Assembly: GCA_035389185.1 (NCBI GenBank)
Contig: DAOORK010000001.1
Span: 257,006 to 321,005, forward strand
Direction of reading: 5' to 3'
Source: Candidatus Woesebacteria bacterium
GTDB taxonomy: Bacteria > Patescibacteriota > Microgenomatia > UBA1400 > MFAQ01
Length of the DNA: 64,000 bases
Shown: positions 57,454 to 64,000 of the stretch, piece by piece
How positions within the stretch are numbered: the first letter of the stretch is position 1
Layout: every line of letters begins with the position of its first letter
The notes under the pieces: generated by a model
Databases searched by the model: none
The model's input: the letters and a program-made list of their open reading frames with translations, nothing else
What the model was told of the DNA's origin: nothing
Made by a program: the position numbers and the translations under genes

Positions 57454-58716
57454 TTATATACGTTTGGGAGTAAATAATCTCTTCGAAAATAAATAAATCA
57501 TGAGTGAAACAAAAAGAGTCAGTTGTACAAAAAAGTTTGCCTGAACTGCGGCTGAAAAAGAAGTCCTAAAAACAACGATCAATAATGGTTGAATAATAGT
57601 TGAAATTAAAAGAAATATATTGGCCTGGGGACGACCAATGGCCATGAGATAACTGATAATAAATTGACTAAAGGCCAAAAAGGCCATAGAAAAAGCGAAG
57701 TATGAAAGTAGGGGTGCGGCTTCGAGGTAGGCTGTACCGGAAAGTATACGGATAATTAATGTGGGGAAAAGACTAAACACACCGGCACCAATAACTCCGA
57801 ACAACAAAATGACCGCTCCGAGTTTGAGAAAAATTGAACTGGTATCGGTTTTTTGGGCGTGTCGATGGGCGGCTAGCGGAAGAACCAAGGCACCAAGGGG
57901 TGTAAGCCCGTAGAGAATCATTCTGCCCAGAATGGAGAGTGAAGAATATAAACCGGAGGTATGTGAGTCAAAAAATGCTCTAACTAAAAGAACGTCTGTC
58001 GAGATTAACGAGGCCGTGCCCAAGGCATAGATAAAGCTATACCCCGTAAAACCGGCGAGATTAAATTTTATTTTCCTTTTGACTGTGATCTGGGGTAGAA
58101 CACTGCGTCGAATAGAGAAAAAGAGAATTACTGTCGTAACCGCTCCCCCAAGGAGCTGACCAAGAACGGCTCCGGTGGCCCCAAAACCCATCTTAATAAA
58201 GATAATGGCAATAAGAATGGTGATAAGGACTCCGGAAAATCCAACTATGGTTTGATAAACAAATTTTTGGAAAGCAATGATGTATGAATTAACAATTGTT
58301 TGGAAAAGGGTAATAAACATACTAATCCCCAGGATAAGGAAAGCCATGGAGTTTGCCTTAAATATTTCCGCTAATGGACCAGAAAAGACCACCAACAAAA
58401 GACCAAGAACTAAGGTAATCGGACTGATGATTTTCAAAAGATAGTAGAAAAACTGGTTGATGGCGATACTATCCCCTTTTCCTTTAAACTCAGAGATAAA
58501 TTTGGTGACAACATTGGCGATTGTGCCGGTAGGAATACCCAAAATATAGATCAGACTTAAGTAGGAGAGAAACTCACCATATTCTGCCGGAGCCAACAGT
58601 CGAAGAAGAATTAAATGAAAGAGGTAACGAGAAAAACTAAGTATGAAGTTGCCAAAATAATAGAAGGCACTGGAACGTGCTGTGGGGGTGGAAAGAGCAT
58701 GAAGAATTCGCTTCAT
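57454..58716 (-). CDS. wzx: Wzx-type flippase, second copy
   Basis: RLLAPAEYG, DVLLVR, GLYSSLS.LGR, SGTAY; start at 58716 or 58731, not 58944. Confidence 0.82.
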   Translation of the reverse strand: MKRILHALSTPTARSSAFYYFGNFILSFSRYLFHLILLRLLAPAEYGEFLSYLSLIYILGIPTGTIANVVTKFISEFKGKGDSIAINQFFYYLLKIISPITLVLGLLLVVFSGPLAEIFKANSMAFLILGISMFITLFQTIVNSYIIAFQKFVYQTIVGFSGVLITILIAIIFIKMGFGATGAVLGQLLGGAVTTVILFFSIRRSVLPQITVKRKIKFNLAGFTGYSFIYALGTASLISTDVLLVRAFFDSHTSGLYSSLSILGRMILYGLTPLGALVLPLAAHRHAQKTDTSSIFLKLGAVILLFGVIGAGVFSLFPTLIIRILSGTAYLEAAPLLSYFAFSMAFLAFSQFIISYLMAIGRPQANIFLLISTIIQPLLIVVFRTSFSAAVQANFFVQLTLFVSLMIYLFSKRLFTPKRI

Positions 58717-58721
58717 GAGTA

Positions 58722-58730
58722 AGTTTAGCA
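58722..58730 (-). promoter_or_regulatory. Extended -10 element for the leaderless flippase gene
   Basis: TGcTAAACT-5nt-ATG(58716). Confidence 0.5.
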
Positions 58731-58736
58731 TGGAGG

Positions 58737-59855
58737 CTAAGCGACAAAATAGCCCCGAGTGAATAAGGAGATAGCGAAGATAGAAAAAATAATCGTCACC
58801 AAAAAATAGAGATAGCGAAGATATGGATGAGTTTTGTCTAGAGTAGAGGCTAGAAAACCAAACATGGGGAATAATACGAGAGCAATTTTTGGCAGACCAG
58901 CAAAGGTTCCTGTTAGAGTAGGTAACAAAAATGATAATAAACAATATAACCAGTAAGACCGTCTGATCTTTTTAAAGGAAAAAATAAGGAAATATATGAG
59001 TAACAAGCCAGAAAATAGTTCGAGCAAAACAGTAAAGAATAGTGGATCTGTATGATCCATGTGTAGGACCATAGTAAAATAGCGATAGAGAATTTGATGA
59101 AGAAGAATGAGCTTTTTCTCTACCAAAGACGGCAGTAAGGTAACAGCATTTCCGCTATGTAAGGAAAGAAATCTGATATAGGCTAGTAATCCAATAGGAG
59201 GAAGAGAAAGCCAAACAAGAGAAGGTTTCAAAATTTGTTTTATTTTGGTTCCGTTTGTCTGAAAATACTCAATAATGAGCGCCGGCCAAAGAAAAATGCC
59301 GACAAGACAGGTGGCAGAAGCGATCATGGCAAAGATGCCAGACAGAAAAAAATTATTTTTACGAACGAAGAAAAAAGTGAGGAGACTTAGTAATAAGAGT
59401 ATCGAGTGAGGATATATTGAACCAAAAATAAACGAGGTAGGAAAAAGAAAAATTAACAGTAAGGCGAATCGAGATATCTTTTCTTTGTAATCAAGAAGAA
59501 AGAGCTTGTAGAGAAGAAGGAGAGATAGAAAAAAAGCTAGATTACTGATAATGAGCCCGGTAATAAGAGGGTTGTGAACAAAGTCATTTAGGTTTCTAAC
59601 CAACCAAGGATATACCGGAAAATAGGCAGTTGTTAAACTCGTTTCTCCCACCGGAAAGTAATTTGTGGTTGCTTGATCGAGATAATGAAAACCATCGAAA
59701 TTCGCCCACATCTGCAAGAGGTTGTTACCAAGATGGTCGCTAAGCTTAGTAAAGCCCGGTCGAATTGAAAGAAAAAACATTGCAGGAATAGCAATAACCG
59801 ACACAAGTAGTCTCCAGGTAAAAAACCTTATGACAAAATCCTTAATTTTGAGCAT
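58737..59855 (-). CDS. PIG-V/Mannosyltransferase_2-like GT-C (GT76)
   Basis: WANFDGFHY, AYFPVYP, ISN, FPTSF; start moved to 59855. Confidence 0.75.
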   Translation of the reverse strand: MLKIKDFVIRFFTWRLLVSVIAIPAMFFLSIRPGFTKLSDHLGNNLLQMWANFDGFHYLDQATTNYFPVGETSLTTAYFPVYPWLVRNLNDFVHNPLITGLIISNLAFFLSLLLLYKLFLLDYKEKISRFALLLIFLFPTSFIFGSIYPHSILLLLSLLTFFFVRKNNFFLSGIFAMIASATCLVGIFLWPALIIEYFQTNGTKIKQILKPSLVWLSLPPIGLLAYIRFLSLHSGNAVTLLPSLVEKKLILLHQILYRYFTMVLHMDHTDPLFFTVLLELFSGLLLIYFLIFSFKKIRRSYWLYCLLSFLLPTLTGTFAGLPKIALVLFPMFGFLASTLDKTHPYLRYLYFLVTIIFSIFAISLFTRGYFVA

Positions 59856-60870
59856 CTTCTTTGACCTTTTGGTAGACAATTGAAGTGGCCTTGGCCGTTT
59901 TTGTCCAAGAAAAAGAGGTCGATTTTTCTTTGGCTTGAGTAATTTGCTCACTCTTGGCTTTTGGTGATAATGACAAAGCTTTTTTAATTGCTTTTTCGAT
60001 GGAAGACAGTTTCCGAGGATTAAAAACTATGGCTCCCTCGTGATAGATCTCAGGCAGACTGCTGACTTTGGAACTGGCAATCAAACAACCGGCAGTCATG
60101 GCCTCTAGCAAGGGCAAACCAAAACCTTCATAAAGTGATGGTTGAACGTATAAACTGGCTAAACGATATAAAGCATTGAGATCTTCTGTCGGTACAAATC
60201 CGGGAAGAATAAGGTGTTTGTATACTTTGAGACGTACCATGTCAATTAATTCGGGGTGAACAGGCTCTTTGACTTCTTGGAGCATTCCTTTGCCGACAAT
60301 AACCAAGGGGATACCCAGACGATCGGTGACTTCTGCGAGAGAAGGAAGATTTTTGTTGGGATTAGGACCTCCGGCCACGGTAAGAATAAATTTTTTGGGT
60401 AAGTGGTATTTATTTCTTACTTCTTCCAGTTTTTCAGGAGAAATATTTTTTTGGAATTCGGAATCGATAGCTAACGGGATGACGGTGATTTTTTCGGGAG
60501 GAAGCCGAAAAAGTTTGATTAAATCATTTTTGGAATTTTCCGAGTCGGTGATGATAGCTGACACCGACTGAAGAGCTAACCACTGAAGGGTTAAGTTAAA
60601 TATTCCTTTGGCACCTTTTGGATAACGGCTGGAAAGCACGAGAGGGGTAAGGTCGTGGACAGTGACAATGGTTGGGTTTTTCTTTTTGATAGGAAGCGTA
60701 TGGTAAAAAAGATCAAAAAAAGGATAGTGAATGATATCTGGATTCTTATCGGTGAGGATAATACTGGGAGATTTTTCCAGAGCTTTTGCCAGATTATCGG
60801 CATAAAAACCAACTCCCCTACCTTGGGAATGGGTACCGCTATCTAAAAAAACTTTGATTTTATTGGCCAT
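59842..60870 (-). CDS. GT4 glycosyltransferase, MtfB-like
   Basis: RGVGFY, TVHDL, NKNL, PSLYEGFGLPLLEAM. Confidence 0.9.
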   Translation of the reverse strand: MANKIKVFLDSGTHSQGRGVGFYADNLAKALEKSPSIILTDKNPDIIHYPFFDLFYHTLPIKKKNPTIVTVHDLTPLVLSSRYPKGAKGIFNLTLQWLALQSVSAIITDSENSKNDLIKLFRLPPEKITVIPLAIDSEFQKNISPEKLEEVRNKYHLPKKFILTVAGGPNPNKNLPSLAEVTDRLGIPLVIVGKGMLQEVKEPVHPELIDMVRLKVYKHLILPGFVPTEDLNALYRLASLYVQPSLYEGFGLPLLEAMTAGCLIASSKVSSLPEIYHEGAIVFNPRKLSSIEKAIKKALSLSPKAKSEQITQAKEKSTSFSWTKTAKATSIVYQKVKEDAQN

Positions 60871-61738
60871 AAGAATCTTTTTTGTATATCTCCCAAAGTT
60901 TCATATAGGAAAAGGCATGATGAAGCCCTGAGTAAAGCGAAAAGACGAAACCGGGGAAACCGTCCAGAAAACCACGTCGACGAAGATAGAGATTTAAAAA
61001 TGTTCCTGCAGGCTTAAAAAAGAGATACTTTAGCGTATTAAAGAGAGTTATTTTAATACCTTCCTGTTTATAAAACCCAGCTTGTAAACTAGAGTAACGA
61101 TTCTCGCGAAGCAAATAACGACTAAAGTCCGGAGTGGCGTAGTGATCAAGATCTGTTTTTAACCAACCGACAACGCCGTCGACCTTCATTTGTTCATGAA
61201 CATCTTTGGCCGGAAGAGTGGCTTTGCCTCTTTGGAAAAGACGAATAACAGGGTCTGGGTACTGACCACCATTCGTGAGATATCTAGTGAGGAAGAAGTT
61301 TTTTCGGGGAAGCCAGTAAGCTGAAGCAGGCTTGGAAAGCTCTTTTGGCTCCGGAAAAATTTTGATTATTTTATTGACGCTTCGGCGAAGAGGTGAGAGC
61401 CAGGAATCGAAACCGAAGTACTCCCCTTCCAAAATACCAATGATTTCCTTCTTCATGGCCGGGGTAACTCTTTCATCGGCATCGAGCTGGAGAATCCAAG
61501 TGGAACTGGCTTTGTTAATGGCTTTATTTTTTGTGACATGGAAAATCGGTTCGTGTGGCTCAACATAAACCTTGGCTCCTAATTTTTCGGCAATCTCTTT
61601 GGTTTTGTCAGTGCTCTGCTCATCAACGATAATCATCTCGTCAACCCATTCTTTGACAGACAAAAGGCATTCTTTTATATTTACTTCTTCATTGAGAGTG
61701 GAAAGTACAACCGAGATGGTTTGACGTTTATTTTTCAT
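60860..61738 (-). CDS. GT2 glycosyltransferase, KdtX/WaaE-like
   Basis: TLNEE, STDKT, LDADE, YPD..IRLF, VHE, GFLDGFPG. Confidence 0.87.
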   Translation of the reverse strand: MKNKRQTISVVLSTLNEEVNIKECLLSVKEWVDEMIIVDEQSTDKTKEIAEKLGAKVYVEPHEPIFHVTKNKAINKASSTWILQLDADERVTPAMKKEIIGILEGEYFGFDSWLSPLRRSVNKIIKIFPEPKELSKPASAYWLPRKNFFLTRYLTNGGQYPDPVIRLFQRGKATLPAKDVHEQMKVDGVVGWLKTDLDHYATPDFSRYLLRENRYSSLQAGFYKQEGIKITLFNTLKYLFFKPAGTFLNLYLRRRGFLDGFPGFVFSLYSGLHHAFSYMKLWEIYKKDSYGQ

Positions 61739-63378
61739 TTGGTGGAGAGAAACTTGTACATTGGTTTTCCAACTGGATCATAGATAGTAAAGATGACTGC
61801 TTTGTCGTTAACTGGTTCATCAGCGGCAATTATAAGGGTATTGGGCATTTTTTTATCAACATTATCGTAGTTTATCTTGTGGAACTCATATTTGCCCATA
61901 TTTCTCACAGTTGAAAAACCAAAGTTGTCTCTGGGGGTCATCACCATTTCTTTTTGTAAAGTTTCCGGTGAATACTGAAGGAAGAAGGCCATCAGAATAT
62001 ATGGCTGATCGTAACGATCGGAAATCACAATATGATCATATTCGTCATAATGTGCCTTGGTATATGCGGCGATCTGATCAAAACCGTACTGCCAGGCAAA
62101 GGGTAACTCCTTAGGATAGTGGACATAGTACATGTGGAGATATCGGCCCAAGGAACACAAACCAAAAATAGAAATTAATACAACAAAGATCGGTTTAATA
62201 AGTTTTGGCCGAAGTTTTCCGAGGAAATCGAGAGCGAGAGATAGTCCTGCTGCAGTGATAATACTAAGGGGAATAACCATATTTTGAGCTCGAAGAGCAT
62301 GAGGAGACTGAAAGGTCATGGAGGCGGCAAGGGGTGCGACTAAAAACCAGAACAAGACAAATCTTTTCTCGGGAGAGTCCATCTTGAGAAACCAAAAAAT
62401 CCCCAGAAAAAATAGTGGAGCGAGGAAAAGAAAGGATTGCCCCATCTCCGGAACTTTGCTTCTGGCAATTTCATCTCCAGCCACAAACAAGAATCTAGGA
62501 GAAAAATGAGACAAATAGTTTTTGACAAAGCGCAGACTGTAAGAAAGGTATTGATTGTGAATTACCCTGACATACATACCAGACTCTTGAGGATGACCAC
62601 GACGAAGCTCAAGTGCACGCCAGTAAGGACCCGTGTCTGACAGTAGTGAAACACCAGAAAAACGAGCTTGACCTTCTTTGGAGAGAAGCTGGATGGCAAT
62701 TGGTGTCGTTATGATAATACCCACAAGAAGCGCCAAAAGAATAGTGACTCGCTTTTTTCCGGTAAAGCCGGAAAATAGTGGCCTTCGATAGAAGACAACA
62801 AGATACAAGGCCAAAAGAGGAGATACAATCCTGGCGGAGTGATAAGTGTAAAGACTGAGAGCGAGAGATATGACAAACAAAAAGTAATATTTGGGTTTTT
62901 CTAATCCTTTGAAGAATCCCCAGATACCGAGAAGAATAAAGAAGGTGGCCACGTTGACTTCCCATCCACCTCGAGAAAACTGTAAATGCCAGGGAGAAGC
63001 GGACAAAATCAAGGCAGAAAGATAAGGCAAGTATTTATTGTTGGTGAAGAGTTTTCTTACCAAAAGAAACACCAATAGAACCGAACCGAGACCGAGGATT
63101 GCTGAAGGCAAACGTACCGACCAGATATTTAAACCGAAGAGCTTTACAAAAGGAAGGACCAGATAGAAGTATACCGGCAGTTTGTAATCATCAAAAGATC
63201 TAAAAACGACCGGCCAAGAGACTCCATGTTCATCCTTACCTGTTTGGACCAAAGACCAGGCGTTGTAGCCAATGGCGGCTTCGTCTGCATTGAGACCGGC
63301 GGGATATTTATCCAAAGCAACAACTCTCAAAACGGCGGCAAGTAGAAGAATGATAGCCAGAGGCAAGTATTTTTTCAT
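61735..63378 (-). CDS. GT-C membrane glycosyltransferase (PMT_2/ArnT-like)
   Basis: NADEAAIGYNAWSL..TGKDEHG, DYKLP, RLPSA, SPWH.QFSR..WE. Confidence 0.85.
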   Translation of the reverse strand: MKKYLPLAIILLLAAVLRVVALDKYPAGLNADEAAIGYNAWSLVQTGKDEHGVSWPVVFRSFDDYKLPVYFYLVLPFVKLFGLNIWSVRLPSAILGLGSVLLVFLLVRKLFTNNKYLPYLSALILSASPWHLQFSRGGWEVNVATFFILLGIWGFFKGLEKPKYYFLFVISLALSLYTYHSARIVSPLLALYLVVFYRRPLFSGFTGKKRVTILLALLVGIIITTPIAIQLLSKEGQARFSGVSLLSDTGPYWRALELRRGHPQESGMYVRVIHNQYLSYSLRFVKNYLSHFSPRFLFVAGDEIARSKVPEMGQSFLFLAPLFFLGIFWFLKMDSPEKRFVLFWFLVAPLAASMTFQSPHALRAQNMVIPLSIITAAGLSLALDFLGKLRPKLIKPIFVVLISIFGLCSLGRYLHMYYVHYPKELPFAWQYGFDQIAAYTKAHYDEYDHIVISDRYDQPYILMAFFLQYSPETLQKEMVMTPRDNFGFSTVRNMGKYEFHKINYDNVDKKMPNTLIIAADEPVNDKAVIFTIYDPVGKPMYKFLSTK

Positions 63379-64000
63379 TTACGGTTTGGTTTTTACAATC
63401 CGAAAGATAATTTTATCGTCTGGGGTGTTGATCTGCTTGAAGAGGGCGACATTTTCTCCGGTAATATCAAATGACCGATCAATATTGCCTTCCGAACCAA
63501 CCAAGAGAGTGTCTTTGAGATGAGTAAGTTCATCATTTCCAAATTGATGAAACTCTACGTTACCAACATGTCCAACTCTACCAACATCCAAGCCACCATC
63601 GATGAAATCAATGTTTTTTTGGTATGTTGAGGGGTCATAGCCGGTATAGAAAACATAGTATATGTACGGCTGACCAAGAACATCGGTGAAAATGACTCTT
63701 TGGGTGGGATTTTCCTTGATTATCTCAACCGCTTGTTTGTAACCGTAGTTAAATTCCTTGGCGAATACTGCTTGTGAGTGAAGGAAATAGATATCAAAAA
63801 CATAAACAGAAACAATAAAATAGAGAAGAAAAACTGGGGCAATAAACCACTTAATCTTTTGGATACCATAGTACATACCGATTCCAGAAATAATAGATAA
63901 GGGAATAACCATAAAAAGGGCTCTGTAGGTTGAGAACTCGGCTAACGTTAGGGAGGCAGGAATTGGGGCAATCAGCAACAGACCGAGGATAACTATTGTT
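63379..64000 (-). CDS. GT-C membrane glycosyltransferase, 3' part (begins beyond the window end)
   Basis: Frame open to 64000; APIPASLT, YGY, GQPYIY..FY shared with the adjacent paralogue. Confidence 0.75.
   Translation of the reverse strand, partial: TIVILGLLLIAPIPASLTLAEFSTYRALFMVIPLSIISGIGMYYGIQKIKWFIAPVFLLYFIVSVYVFDIYFLHSQAVFAKEFNYGYKQAVEIIKENPTQRVIFTDVLGQPYIYYVFYTGYDPSTYQKNIDFIDGGLDVGRVGHVGNVEFHQFGNDELTHLKDTLLVGSEGNIDRSFDITGENVALFKQINTPDDKIIFRIVKTKP

Noticed and set aside
58717-58944. N-terminal extension of the 496-aa flippase ORF overlapping the PIG-V-like gene
   Set aside because: Off-frame read of the upstream gene; a better start at 58716/58731 has its own -10
1-64000. Alternative genetic code (TGA=Gly), CRISPR arrays, tRNA/rRNA, IS or prophage genes
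   Set aside because: TGA is used as a stop in several ATGA overlaps with full-length proteins; intergenic gaps are under about 170 bp; no repeat-spacer, RNA-gene, transposase or integrase signatures seen

Overview
This is a gene-dense, almost entirely minus-strand cell-envelope region. It most likely comes from a Patescibacteria/CPR (Microgenomates-like) bacterium, inferred from the reduced dcw cluster, short RecO, DUF4012, many GT-C proteins, leaderless genes and TGA used as a stop. Bases 1-9.3 kb hold a reduced division/cell-wall cluster (mraZ-rsmH-ftsL-ftsI-dgkA-mraY-ftsW-murG-ftsQ-ftsA-ftsZ) with no Mur ligases, a clear sigma70 promoter, candidate MraZ boxes and an upstream terminator. 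A lipoprotein and recO follow. From 10.7 kb to the window end is a surface-glycan locus of more than 50 kb. It encodes an initiating phosphoglycosyl transferase, DUF4012, a ManC-like enzyme, two GalE, Gmd/Rmd, many GT2 and GT4 enzymes, about 10 GT-C membrane transferases, two Wzx flippases, a Wzy_C ligase/polymerase, four SAM methyltransferases and a B12-type radical SAM enzyme. The most unusual element is an AT-rich cassette at about 39.7-54.2 kb. It carries an arabinose-5-phosphate-isomerase/HAD-phosphatase fusion next to a nucleotidyltransferase/kinase fusion, a candidate two-protein, four-step NDP-D-arabinofuranose pathway, together with a GT9-like enzyme and an AftD/DUF3367-like GT-C. No rRNA, tRNA, CRISPR array or mobile element was seen. 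All functional calls come from reading motifs by eye; no searches were run.
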